From: Felis catus
Taxonomy: Eukaryota
Assembly (NCBI RefSeq): GCF_018350175.1
Contig: NC_058382.1
Span: 55,368,001 to 55,432,000 of the forward strand
DNA: 64,000 bases
Direction: 5' to 3'
Numbering within the stretch: position 1 is the first letter of the stretch; each line of letters opens with the position of its first letter. Of this stretch, positions 51,523 to 64,000 are shown one piece after another. A program made the translations under genes and the position numbers. Below the pieces are notes generated by a model that was given only the letters and a program-made list of their open reading frames with translations, did no database searches and was not told the DNA's origin.

Positions 51523-52026
51523 TTCTAGTGCCTTCTCAAGCTGTTGCATGTTGCCTGTCCAAGGTGTACATCAGGCTGAATGAATTCAGCAGAGGCGTCC
51601 CCTCCACCATCACCATCCTTATAATAGCTGTTGAGCTCTTACTACGGCAGGCATCATCTCAATTAGGGCTCCCAATCACGACTGTGTATAAATGTCAGAC
51701 CCCCAGCTCAGGTGTGTGAGAAATGTAGCATTATTTTCTGCGACTCAACTCTGTATTTGAGCCATCTCTCTGCCATGTGGCAAAAACCATTTCAATTGGA
51801 ACTTCACCTCGTTTCCCCAGGGTAGCATCTAAATTCCTGGGGAGGAGACGTTTCTTCTTTGATTGCCAATGCTTCACGCTGACCCCTGCTGAGGCGTCCG
51901 ACAATCTGTCCAGTCCTTGCACAAGTTGGCTGCCTCTTAGCTTCTTGATGCCATCCAAAAGGCACCATTAGGGCTGGACTTCCTGCCATTTGTGTCTCTG
52001 AGGCTCCTTCGACTTCTCTACGTAAC

Positions 52027-52740
52027 ACAGGTTCTCACACTTGAGATCACTTGGACGGTATGGTCTGTCACCAGAAGCTGAGCTTCAACAACAACTTCTG
52101 CTTGCTAGTTTCTGATCTAGCAGGGCTGAAGTGGGGTTCCAGAATCTGCATTTCCAACAAGTTCCCATTTGTGCTGGACCACATCTTGAGAGCCACTGTT
52201 GTAAACCAGGCTGAGGCTCAGGGAACTCAGAGAATAAACATACCCCAGGTTCTGTCATCTCTGTTTCTCCCAGGTAGAGAGGAACCAGGTCACTCACTTC
52301 TGCTATAGAGCCCACCTCCTAAAAGACATTTGGACTTTTTGGATTACCTCTTTCCCACCATTTAGGGCAGTGGTTCCCAAGCTTGCTTGTACATTGGAAT
52401 CCCCAGGGGAATTTTTGAAACTATCAGTGTCAGGGCCCCTTCTCTTCCCTATCCCAGAATTTCTGATGTAATTGGCTGGAATGTGGCTGGACACTAGGGT
52501 TTTAAAAAGTGCTTCTCCCACCCCCAGGTGATCCTAATGTGCAGTCAAGGTGGCAAACCACCACTTGGGAACAGGGCTTCTCCAAGTGTGGTCCAGACCT
52601 GCATCAGCACCACCTGGAAGGTCGTTAGAAATGTAGATTCTCAAGCTCCATCCCAGACACCCCCAAATGGGATTCCCTAGAGGTGGGCCCAGCGGTCTGT
52701 TTGTACAAGCCCTCTGGGTGATTCTGATGCAATCAATAGG
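52027..52740. mobile_element. Cluster of three MER5-family hAT elements; others at ~16120-16520, ~31678-31845, ~62170-62550
   Basis: aatctgcatttccaacaagttccc; cagtggttcccaagctt...; tccaagtgtggtccagacctgcatcagcaccacctgg...ttagaaatgtagattctc. Confidence 0.75.
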
Positions 52741-53279
52741 ATTAGGCTGGGTGGGGAAGGGACTAGGGCTCAGAGATTCTGCCATCTTCTTAGCTCTCGA
52801 CACTTCTCTAGCTGTCTCATTTCCCTGGATTAGGGGATCTCTTCTAGTTTAGGGAAAAGGGAAGACAGGCTTCTATATCATCCATCCCGCATGGTCCTAA
52901 GGATGTTCTACTGTCTCTACACACTCCTTTAAGGGAGAAACATGAGGTAGGCCCTTATTACTATCCCCCTTGCTGCTGCTTCCCTCTGCGGATACAGCAA
53001 ATATCTAGCTGCTTGGATGTAGGAAAGTGTTAGAAGGAGAAGGAAATACCTCCAGAAAACCACTGCTTAATATTTCAAATCTACTCACTACACAACCCCC
53101 TGCCCCCACCCCAAAGGAGGTGGTTTTAGGTATTCGAGGAGACTGAGGTCTGAGTTTGAGTGATCTGCCTGGATCCTAAACCTGAAAGGGGACTTTTAGA
53201 CTCTGGAGCTTTAAGTGTTAAAAATCCTCCTGCTCTCCCAGCATCATGAGACATCAAACTCATTCCTTTCTGTCCTCAG

Positions 53280-53465
53280 GACTGTGGGCTGTGGTCAACA
53301 ATGCTGGGATCATTGGCTTACCAGCGGACGGGGAGCTCATTCCCATGACTAACTACAAACAATGCATGGCCGTGAACTTCTTTGGGGCCGTGGAGGTCAC
53401 AAAGGCATTTTTGCCTCTTCTTAGGAAATCCAAGGGGAGGCTGGTGAACATCAGCAGCATGGCAG
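53280..53465 (+). CDS. HSD17B2: 17-beta-hydroxysteroid dehydrogenase type 2, coding exon 3 (186 nt, phase 1 to 1)
   Basis: Acceptor cctttctgtcctcag|GA, donor GCAG|gtgagt. Translates GLWAVVNNAGIIGLPADGELIPMTNYKQCMAVNFFGAVEVTKAFLPLLRKSKGRLVNISSMA with the SDR NNAG motif and catalytic Ser region; in frame with exon 2. Confidence 0.96.
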
Positions 53466-54080
53466 GTGAGTTGGCCTTTCCCCACAAGGTTGTACGGTGC
53501 CGGTTGTGCAAGATGTGGCTTGTTGCATTCTTTGCGGACCAAAGAAGAAAGCAGGACAGGCTTCTGCAGGGCTGGGTCAAGATTAGTCAAATTGTATGTT
53601 TACCGTACATCTTAATACAATAAAACCTTCCCTTTCAAATCCTTTCATGTACAAACGCTTACCTCTTATGTCATCTACTCATTACTGGGGATTTAGGTTT
53701 TACATATCTTCATAACACATAAGCTTCCTAGATTTGGACAGGAAACCCGGCATACAGTTACTGGTAATCTGTTTTGAACTGGGCACATTCGTAAGATGAG
53801 TAGGCAAATGTCCCCACTGTTGGCACTGATGGAGCTCCACATCTCTGTTGGCTGCCCAATGGTATTTTCCATAAGATCCTTCCCAATATTTTGCAATCTC
53901 AAGGCAGTTGGGTCAGGGTGTGACATTTGATGACTCACTTTTTTTCCATTTCAAAGAACAGATAGTCAACAACTTGAGTCCAGGGTTTAACAAACTCCCT
54001 TTCGTAAACAAGCCCATGTATGTGATATCACATCCTTTCTTCTAGGACAGGCATTTTCTTTCCTTTCCTTTCCTTCTCCC

Positions 54081-54138
<58 letters not shown>

Positions 54139-54499
54139 TTTCTTTTCTTTCTTTCTCCCCTTCTCTCTCTCTCTTTTTTTTAAAGTAGGCTCCACACTCA
54201 GCTCAGAGCCCAACACAGGGGTTGAACTCATGACCCTGAGACTGAGACCGGAGCTGAGTTCAAGAGCTCAACACTAAACCAACTGAGCCACCCAGGCGCC
54301 TAGAACAGGCATTTTCAAACTGGGGTTCCTTAGATCCTGACTTGGCTTTGGGAACGTCCATGGGGTTGTGTTTCGGGCCACTGCACGAGTAAAAGGGAAG
54401 CCAAGGGGGTGGGGGCTTGGACTTTAGGATCCTGCCTTCAAAGAGAGGAACACCACTACTCTTCACTGTTTGATCAGTTGGTTCCAAACAAGATTTTTT

Positions 54500-54710
54500 T
54501 TTTTTAATTTTTTTTTCAACGTTTTTTATTTTTATTTTTGGGACAGAGAGAGACAGAGCATGAACGGGGGAGGGGCAGAGAGAGAGGGAGACACAGAATG
54601 GGAAACAGGCTCCAGGCTCTGAGCCCAACGCGGGGCTCGAACTCACGGACCGCGAGATCGTGACATGGCTGAAGTTGGACGCTTAACCGACTGCGCCACC
54701 CAGGCGCCCC
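54500..54710 (-). mobile_element. Young feline SINE with a short internal deletion
   Basis: ggctctgagcccaacgcggggctc lacks the segment between two gagcc repeats; TSD aagattttttttt. Confidence 0.88.
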
Positions 54711-57081
54711 AAGATTTTTTTTTTAAATGAAGGATCCACTAGTTACTTTATTTCGTTTATTTGGTTTTTGGGGTGAGGTCCTTTGTATAGACTAGGCAAT
54801 TATCACTGTTCATCATATTTCCTTCCTGCCTTTAACTCAGCAACTTCCTTGAACTTAACTACGTGAATGTGGGTTACTAAGTTGATGATTGGCCTGAGGA
54901 GAAGGGAAGCAAAGAAGGGAGGAAGGACAAGAAGGAGAGAGGGAGGAGAAAGAGAATGGGGAAAGAAAGGCTAAGGTGGTTAACAGAAATGAGTATTATA
55001 TTTTAACTTGTATGAGAATCCTGAAATAGTTCCAATTTCTTGCTACCTCGCTAAGTGAACAAATCCCGGGAAACACATTTGCAACATTTCAGCCTTATCT
55101 TTCTTCTGAACTTAGCCTTCAAAATTTTTACCTCTGTGGAAACCTCGCCTTTTTCAGCTCCCTGGCACAGCCTGGTACCTCTGAAAAATTCTCACACACT
55201 CCTTGCCTCACTCATTAAACAAATATTTACTGAAATAACTGATCATTGCCTGCTTCTTGGCACACTGACAAACTTTGCTCTTCTCTCTCTTTGCCTTCAA
55301 CTTTGAGCAGCTCATTCATTAAGAAGACTGTACTTTAGTTATCACTAATAGGCACACTACCTGCTATGGGCACAGGGTCTGGCATGTAGGATCTCAACTA
55401 ATAAATGAAGAAATCCAAGTGTGAGAATGAATGAAAAATGGATGGATGAATGAGGGAATGAAGAGTTTACAATACAGAACATGCCTGTTCCTGCATCTTC
55501 CACTTGGCTTCTAATGCTTTTTCTAAACCAAGGCTTCGTACTCTCTTCTGTTTCCATTGGAGGGATGCTTCAGTGTTAAAAAAAATAAATCACAATACCT
55601 TCACTCTTTTTCTTATGGTGGATGTGCAAATTCTTTACATCTAGCCTTACTATTTCCATTCTATCATCTTACCATCATTGCCAAGTCAACACATCTGAAA
55701 CCAAAGTTGTCATCGGCAATTCAAAGTTTTCTCCCCTTCTTTTGGTTTTTCTCCTGGTCTTTAAAATTTCAGAGCTTTGAGATTTCTTCTTTTTTTTCTT
55801 TTTTAAGTTTATTTATTTATTTTGAGAGAGAGAGAGGAGAGAGAGCAGGAGAGGGGCAGAGAGAGAATTTCAAGCAGGCCCTGCACTGTTAGTACAGAGC
55901 CTGGTGTGGGGCTCGAACTCACAAACCATGAGATTATGCCCGGAGCCAAAATCAAGAGTCAGATGCTTAACCGACGGGCCTACCCTGATGTCCCTAAAAT
56001 TTCCTTCATTTGTTTCTCCCTTTGCCTTTCCCTCCTTTCTCCCATCCATTCAGTCACCAAGATGTATAGAGTCTTACTTCATCACATTCAGCTTTAAATC
56101 CTTATGTCCCAAAGAAAGTCTAGAATGAAGTTCATCTGTAGGACACGGAAGACACCTAAGGCATTTTATAAAGTTGTTAAGGCAGTGGCAAGAAATCAAA
56201 ACAGATGGCAAGCATATGTACCTTATAGGGCAGGTGTTTGTAAAAAGATAGGAGCAAAACTCTTAAATGATGCTTGTAGTTTCCTCCAGTGAGGAAGAGC
56301 AGAGAAATTCAGCAGAAAACAAAATAAGGAAATCCCTTGCATTTGGCTGACAAGAGTTTTACAAAACAATGGAAAATATTTTGAGCAGGGGGGTAAGGAG
56401 CTAGAATATAACACAGGATCAGGAGAGTCAAAGCAAGTATAAAACACAATATGTAACCAAACAATCCATTGAAATTAGTATCCAATGTGATGTCAATTTG
56501 ATGTGTCTCTTGGCAAAGTTAATATAAAAGCAATTTTGGAAAACGTGCTTATCTAGGAATTCCTTCCTGGTCTTTTTCTCATTTTGAAGTAGGAGTCATG
56601 GAGAGAGAGAGATAGGCAATCAGTCACTAATGAATGTTCTCCAAAGGAGCTCACTGTAGCCCTGGCCCATCAGGTTGTCATGAGCCTGGTATCTGTGCTA
56701 CCTTCTGCATGACAAGAATTTCACTGGGTAGATTTATCATGGAAGTTTACATCAGCCAGGAGGGGCTGGGCTGGAATTGATAACTCTGTTCCAGTAACCC
56801 AGTGCAGCATAGCAAATAACCCCAAATAAAGTGTGCCAGGCTGGTATGAGTAGGTAACTAGTTTAGTGCATAGGTGGATCAGTTGAGTAAGCATCCAACT
56901 TTGGCTCAGGTCATGATCTCGCGGTTCGTGGCTTCAAGCCCCACGTCGATTTCTGTGGTGACAGCTCAGAGTCTGGAGCCTGCTTGGGATTCTGTGTCTC
57001 CCTCTCTCTCTCCGCCCCTCTCCTGCTTGCACTCTGTCTCTCTCTCTCTCTAAAAAATAAAGAAATATTAAAAGAAAAGAA

Positions 57082-57502
57082 GAATAATGTTTCCTCAAAT
57101 GCATGCACATCTTAATTCCTTGGAACCTGGAATATGTGACTTTACCTGGCAAAGGGGGCCTTGCAGGTATGATTGGGTAAAAGAGCTAGAAATGCCAAGA
57201 TTATCCTGCATTATCTAGATGGTTCAGACACAAGAGTCCTTGTAAGGGGGAAGCAGGAGAGTCACAGTCAGAGGTGGAGGAAGGGACCAGGAGCCAAGGA
57301 ATGCAGGAGGCTTCTAGAAGTGGCAGAAGTCAGAGGAACTGATGATTCTCCCTTGGAGACTCCAGAGGAACACAGCCTTGTTGACACCTTCATTTTAGCC
57401 TAGTGAAACCTCTGACTTTCAAAACTGTAAGCTAATACATTTTTATTGTTTAAGCCACTAGGTTTGTGGGAATTTGCCGTTAGAAGCAGTAGGAAAGTAC
57501 AC
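57082..57502 (+). mobile_element. MLT1D-like solo LTR
   Basis: aataatg...ggaacctggaatatgtgactttacctggcaaagggg...gagccaaggaatgcagg...gcagtaggaaagtaca. Confidence 0.75.
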
Positions 57503-60500
57503 CAGGGTTGATATCAGGTGAAATACCTCTGGGCCCATCCAGTCTCTTCAAAGATGGATGGAGGTCCATCGACACTTCTCCACTGCCTTTCCCACCCTAG
57601 CCGGGGAGAGGGGGCTGTGGTGGTGGTGAAGGGGGAGACTGTAGGGCTGACCTTCTCTCTAATACCCAACATAGGCTTTCCATTTCAAGGCTCACTCTGC
57701 CCCAGGCCTCCCAAGCACTCCTGGAGGATATCTTTCATTAGTTTTAACTCCCAGACAGACATCCTTCCTAGCAAGGCATTAATTTTTTTTGTTTGTTTGT
57801 TTAATTTCCACTTTATTTGGCCAATATGTTCAATTCCAATATTGCAGTAGAAACTCCTGAAGAACTGTCAACATTTCATTCAGTTTAAGCAACAAGGCAC
57901 CAATTCTCACCACAGTGATAAGTGCATGTTTTACAGTCTCAGTTTGGCTCTTTCTATATGTCAAACTTTAATTATTTCTGATTAACAACTTAGCACGTGT
58001 ACCTAATTTCCTATTCCAAACATTTTACTTTTCTCTGAACCTGAATACCCATTCCTTCCACCCTTCTGCAACCCAGGGCCCTGTGGACAGCGTTCACTTC
58101 TCATCCTTCATACCATGTTGAGTCGACACAGCATTTTATTGCGTTCCCCCCAAAGCAAAGCCAAGTTCAGATTGGCTCAGATCTTCAGAACAGATTTCAT
58201 TAAGGATTTTGTGCAAAGATGGAAGAAAGGACTATACCCTATACAACAAGACTCGTTTTAACGGAAACACTTATAAATGCTCTGTTCTCCTTCCAAAGAA
58301 TTTCAGCAGGCCGGAGCTCCCCTGCTCTCTCTTTCCTCATAGTTTTAAGGTTCATCCATGTTGTAGCATGCATCAGAACTCCATTCCTATTTATTTATTT
58401 ATTTATTTAGATTTTATTTGTAAGTAATGTCTATACCCAAGGTGGGGCTCTAAGTCACAACCCAGAGATGAAGAGTCTCATGCTCCTCTAACTGAGCCAG
58501 CCAGGCACAGGTTGCCCCTGAACTCCATTCCTTTCTAAAGCTGAGTAATTTCCCACTGTATGGGTAGACCATATTTTGTTTATCCATTTATGAGTTGATG
58601 GACATTGGGTTGTTCCCACTTTTTGCTATAGTGAGTAACATTGCATTGAACCTTCAAGTGTTTGTGTGCACACTTGAGTTTTCATCTGTGTGAGGGGCAC
58701 CTGGGTGGCTCAGTCGGTTGGGCGGCTGACTTCGGCTCAGGTCATGATCTCACAACTTGTGGGTTTGAGCCCGGCGTCGGGCTCTGGGCTGACAGCTCAG
58801 AGCTTAGAGCCTGCTTTGGATTCTGTGTCTCCCTCTCTTTCTCTCTCTCTCTCACAAGAATAAACATTAAAAAAATATTTTTTTTAAACAAACAATTGCA
58901 TGTTTTTTGGGGCACCTGGCTGGCTCAGTCAGAAGACCAAAGGATTCTTGATCTCAAGGTTGTGAGTTCGAGCCCCACCATGGGTGTAGAGCCTACTTAA
59001 AAAAATTTTTTGGGGGGCGCCTGGGTGGCTCAGTCGGTTGGGCGGCCGACTTCGGCTCAGGTCATGATCTCGCGGTCTGTGAGTTCAAGCCCCGCGTCGG
59101 GCTCTGTGCTGACAGCTCAGAGCCTGGAGCCTGTTTTGGATTCTGTGTCTCCCTCTCTCTGACCCTCCCCCATTCATGCTCTGTCTCTCTCTGTCTCAAA
59201 AATAAATAAACGTTAAAAAAAATTAAAAAAAAAAAAAAGAAAGAAAACTGTGTGTGAGAGTTAGCTCTATCACTTTCCACGACCTTGGGTAAGTCGGTTA
59301 AACTCTCTGAACTTTTGATTTTTTTTTATCTTCTAAAGTGGTGTTAATGAGGATAATAATTGAACCTACCTCACAGGATAGTTGTGACCGTTAAGTACCT
59401 TTAGAACTAATGTTAAAGTACTCAGAACAGTGCCTGGCGTAGAGTAGATGGCGAATAAATATTAACAGCTGTTATGAAGCATTCGTTATACTGCAAGCAT
59501 TTGTTGGGTACTATCAGATCTATGATCCCAAGAACCCTGCCAAGTATTAGTATCCCCATTTCGGAGTTGTGAAAACTGAGGTTCAGAAGAGTTATGTGAC
59601 TGGCCCTCCAGTTAGAACTGGAATTTGAACTTGGGCTCCACATTCTGATTCACCAAGCCACAGCCTCCCCTGTTGATTCAGCTGGTTCTCATGTGTTACC
59701 ACCATGCCAACCACAAGGCCAAGAACCTCAAGAGCTTGTCCCGAAGCTATCACCTCCACCATTTTCCTCGTCCTGTTAACCCCACTACTATATGCTCACA
59801 CCAACCTTACCCCCGTTCCCAGGTGGGAATAAGGTCAACATAACCTACATCTAGTGTTTATTTATTTATTTTGAGAGAGAGAGAACAAGAGTGTGAGTGG
59901 GGGAGGGCAGAGAAGGAGAGGGGCAGAGAGACAGGGAGACAGAATCCCAAGCAGGTTCCATACTGTCAGCACAGAGCCTGACGCGGGGCTCAAACCCACG
60001 AACCATGAGATCATGACCTGAGCCAAAACCGAGAGTCAGATGCTTAACTGACTGGAGCCACTCAGGTGCCCCATTCTACATCTAGATCCACTCCTATGGA
60101 TGGGAAGTTATAGGACTGGGGTAGGGACGAAACACAGCTTCTTTAACATCTTTTCCAGGAGATCAGGGAAGAGTCCACCATGTGGTGAATACACCCTCCT
60201 CTCCCTCATCTCCCATCCCCAAAGAAAGAACAAGAAACAGAAGGGGTGCAAGAGATACCACATAGCTCTACAGATAGAATCAGGTTTCAAAAGGAAGAGG
60301 AAGCCAGCCTCCTAGAATGGAGACGAACTACCCAGGTTTGGAAACTGTCTTTACCACCGACAACTTAGTGACCCAGAACAAAGTCCTGAACCTCTGGGCT
60401 GCAGCTTCCTCATGGGACTTTGGGGGTAAGAATAACCACTTCTTCTGAGGGCCCTGCTAAGACGATATGCAGGGACACGTGCTTAAGCAGCAGCCTCGCA

Positions 60501-62569
60501 CCGGACAGACAGGTGGCAGACTTGAGGGGCCTCTCTGAGGCTGGCCGTGGTTGTGCCTGTACAGGGCTTTTTATCCTGACAGCCACTGGCATCGCCACCC
60601 CTGACTGTGACACTGAGTTACCTTCCATCTGGCCCGCTGCCTGTCACACACTGGCCCCCGGGGGCACATCACCCCCACAGGTCATTACTTCCACATCCTA
60701 CCACACCTGCTCTAGGAGAAACCTAACCCTGTAATCGTGTTTATCATCCCTCTCACAGAAACAGAATAGCTCTTTAATCCCTGCAAGGCAGTTGGATAAA
60801 TATTTAACCAAGTATTAGAGGAATTGGGAGGCAGCTCTGATTGATTGTACAAAGGGCAGTTGAAAAATCTTTGTTTGAGAGTTCTGAGAGCTTTTTCTGG
60901 CCAGTTTTGCCCTTAAATTGCAGAGTAAACAGTTGCAGGCTATGCTTGAAGAAGAACGGTTGAAAACAAACCTTATAAAACAACTCCGACCCCAGGGATG
61001 TTCAGCCAGTTGTGGTTTGCATCCTGCTCTTCTCTGTACCTGTTGGGTAATTGCAGACAGGTCACCCCACTTTTCTACGAGTCTGAGTCGATTTTATCAT
61101 CGGTCCACAACAGAGTGATGCAGCATGTTTCTTGGGCGATGCCTGAGTCTGGGGCAACATATCTCAGCCTCAGTATTATTGGTATTTGAGGGGAGGCGAA
61201 TTCTTTCTGTGTAGGACTGTCTGATGTCCTGCGGGATATTTAGCAGCGTCTGTGTTCTCGACCCAGTAGTTGCAAGCGGCACCCACCTCCGGTGATGACA
61301 ACTCTTCAGATGTTGCCACATGTGGGGGGGGGGAGGGCAGGAGGGGAGCATGTGTACATGTATGTGTGCGTGAGTGCACCCGTGTCCAAAATTGCCCCCA
61401 GTAGAGAACCTCTGGTCTTGGCTGTAGATTTCAATGCATTTGTGCGTTCTGAGTGCTTAGCCCAGCTACAGGTGCATAGAAAGCACACTAGTAAAAGGGG
61501 GACCTCTCTACTGAGAGAAAGTAATAGTTGCCCACCCCATTGAGCTATTTAAAATGCATTAAAATTACTTTTCATCAAAGTAAGTGGCCCAAGAGGTTCT
61601 TACAAGTCGATACATTATAGGTGTCCTGCAGAGTTCCAGCCTCGAGCAAGGTCATACTTAGTGCAGCAAAGTTGACTATGGGATCAATCCTGAACTTCTT
61701 GCCAGGTGTCTGCCTTAAGGAAACAGCTGCTCAGTGATGTGAGAGGAGGCCACAGCTGAAATTTGCTTCCCTAAAACTCTCACAAAATAACCAGGATTAG
61801 TGTTGGGCAAAGGGAGGAGGTAGAACCAGACTCAGTGAACTTCTTTGGGCTGAGTTGTATTAGATGCTGACACATGCCTAAAATCTTAATTCTAAAGTGT
61901 GCAGGGTGCAGATATTAATTCCTTTTCTAGATCAAGTACACTAGCCTGGATCAACCAGCTGGTGAGTGTTGGAGTCAGGGTTGAAAACTGGGTTTGCTTC
62001 TTTGACTCCAAGTTCTGCGTTCCTCTGACTTTTCCAGACTGTCCAACAAGAATATATTAGACAAATGGGGCATTAAAAACACAGGCCCTAACTCGAGAAG
62101 ATTTAAATGATGACCAGGAAATGTCAGCAACTTAGGGATGTTTCCTTCACCAACACTTCTCAGACACCAGTGTGTGTGTGTCTTGATTACCTGGAGATCT
62201 TATTAAAATGCAGAATTTGGGGCACCTAGGTGGCTCAGTGGGTTAAGACTCTGACTTCAGTTCAGGTCATGATCTCAAGGTTTGTGAGTTCGAGCTCCGC
62301 ATCAGGCTTCATGCTGACAGTGCAGAGCCTGCTTGGGACCTTCTCTCTCCCCTTCCCCCATTTGTGCGCAAGTGTGTGCGCGTGCTCTCTATCTCTCAAA
62401 ATAATAAATAAATAAACTTTTAAAAAATGCAGAATTTGACTGAGTGACCCTAACTGGTCTAAGAGCCTGCATTTCAGAAACTAGTTCCTGAGTGGATGCT
62501 CCTGGTCCCTGGACAACTTTTTCAAATTTCACATGCATTAGAATCACCAAGAAGGCTACTTCAAAACAA

Positions 62570-63325
62570 CGGCAGGAAATCAAAACTATAGCGAGACGGC
62601 ATTTCATGCCCACTATGATGGCTATAAAAAACAAAACAAAATAAAAACCCAGAACCAAGACTTGATGACAAGGAGGTGCCGACACCGGAACCCTCATGAG
62701 TTGCTGACCCGGCCTCTGTGGAAAACATTTGGTGGTTCCTTATCAAGTTTCACATAGAATTACATATGAGCCAGCAACTCCGGTCCTATGTATATACTAA
62801 AGAGAACAAGAAACAGGTGTTCAAACAAAAACTTGTACACGGGATGTTCGTAGCGTTCATTATTCATATTGGGAGAGGTGGAAACAACCCAAATGTTGTT
62901 GAAATGATAAGCAAAATGTCATCTATCCATACGCTAGAATATTATTAATACATAAAAATGAATGAAGAACTGATACGTGGTACAGAATGGATGAACCTTG
63001 AAAAGATTATGGGGACAGAAGCCAGACACAAAAGGCCATGTATTGGATGATCCTATTTATCTGAAATGCTCCGAAGAGGCAAATCCAGAAAGATGGAAAG
63101 CATATTAGCATTGGGCTGGGGGGGGGGGGGAGGAGGAAGGGGAAAGAGAGGGGACAACTTAAGGGATGGAGGGGGCTTGCTTTGGGTGTGATGCAAATGG
63201 TATGGAGCTAGACAGCAGTGATGCTTGCATGATACTGTGAATGTACTAAATGCCATTGAATTGTATACCTTAAAACGGCTAAATGGTGAGTTTTAGGTTG
63301 TATGTATTTTACCACAATAAGGAAG
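62570..63325 (+). mobile_element. L1MB-like 3' fragment
   Basis: ggaaatcaaaacta...gtggaaaacatttggtggttcct...gaagccagacacaaaaggcca...gaatgtactaaatgccattgaattgtatac. Confidence 0.8.
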
Positions 63326-63799
63326 AAAATTCTGTGCCCACCCCCAAGATTTCTGATTCAATAGCCCTAGCTCGAGTGGGACCTGAGGATTTGTCCTTCT
63401 AAAGATTCTCGGCGGCGGTTGGTTCCCAACCACACTTGGAGTGACAACGTCCCAGACTTTGATACTCAACTAGTTTGTCACATCCCCGGAGACTGTCAGA
63501 TTACAAGGGAACCACCAGATACTATTAGTGTCAAATTTCTGCTAACCAGGCCTCAAGGAGATTAGCAAACCTGCCTCTCCTGGGACCATGTGCCTGGTCT
63601 GTGTTTCCAGCTTGAAAGAACTCAATAAAGGAATGGACTTTGTTGCTTGAGTTGACTCCAGATCACCTTGGAGGAGGGAGACCCTGGCTGGGAGTTCTCA
63701 TTACATTCTCCTGAGAAAAGGTCACGTGAGTTCTGTTTTAGGAAGATATTAGAGAATGAGACAGTTTGTGTGAGCATGGGACCCCGGACCCCTGCTCTT

Positions 63800-64000
63800 T
63801 AACAAAGAACAAAAATTCAACAAAGTGAATTTCAAAGGCCTAAGTGGCTTTATTAACTGATTCATGAATTAGGGGGCACCCTATCTATCATGTAAAGGGG
63901 AGCTCTGAGGAGTTGCATAAAACGGAAGGTTTTTATAGGAAGGAAGGTGGGGTATGGAGATTATTAGCAAAAGAAAAGAAAGGATTGCCTCTGGTAAATT
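63800..64000 (-). mobile_element. ERV1-type LTR fragment running off the window edge
   Basis: ttaacaaagaacaaaaattcaac...ggctttattaactgattcatgaattagg...ggtttttatagg resembles an antisense LTR 3' end; family not assigned. Confidence 0.45.

Noticed and set aside
46594..53465. Alternative identity as HSD11B2, BDH1 or RDH16/HSD17B6
   Set aside because: KYLDELGFTVF, GAEELRRTCS, SVLQMDIT and YKQCMAVNFFG plus exon sizes 213/186 fit HSD17B2 specifically.
237..62415. Many ORF-track peptides such as MAQSVERPTSAQVMISQFV... and ...RERETQNPKQAPGSE...
   Set aside because: Translations of CAN SINEs in both orientations; not genes.
1..64000. CRISPR array, prokaryotic operon or horizontally acquired insert
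   Set aside because: No repeat-spacer array or gene-dense segment; the whole window is interspersed with mammalian repeats.

Overview
Mammalian (felid/carnivore) genomic DNA: dense CAN-type tRNA-derived SINEs of feline type, carnivore L1, and ancient L2, MIR, CR1/L3, MER, MLT1 and Tigger1 repeats. Two intact coding exons of HSD17B2 (17-beta-hydroxysteroid dehydrogenase type 2; exon 2 at 46594-46806, exon 3 at 53280-53465) lie on the + strand. I could not find HSD17B2 exon 1 in the 46 kb upstream or exon 4 downstream. Reading the minus strand by hand shows a decayed multi-exon gene that the ORF track misses: about 16 splice-bounded exons between ~36.57 kb and ~7.44 kb, largely phase-compatible, with many premature stops and a SINE inside one exon. 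Its C-terminus resembles my recollection of the WDR87 C-terminus (unverified). This pseudogene and HSD17B2 point away from each other and both lack their 5' parts, which suggests a rearrangement or assembly junction near 36.6-37.9 kb, or nesting in an enlarged intron. Also seen: an unidentified two-exon minus-strand ORF start at 1.4-2.3 kb, a twin-primed 5'-inverted L1, a 224-bp non-tandem local duplication, a SINE carrying a short 3' transduction tag, and a near-full-length Tigger1. Repeat family names are by recall and their boundaries are approximate. No prokaryotic systems, CRISPR arrays, rRNA or tRNA genes were seen.
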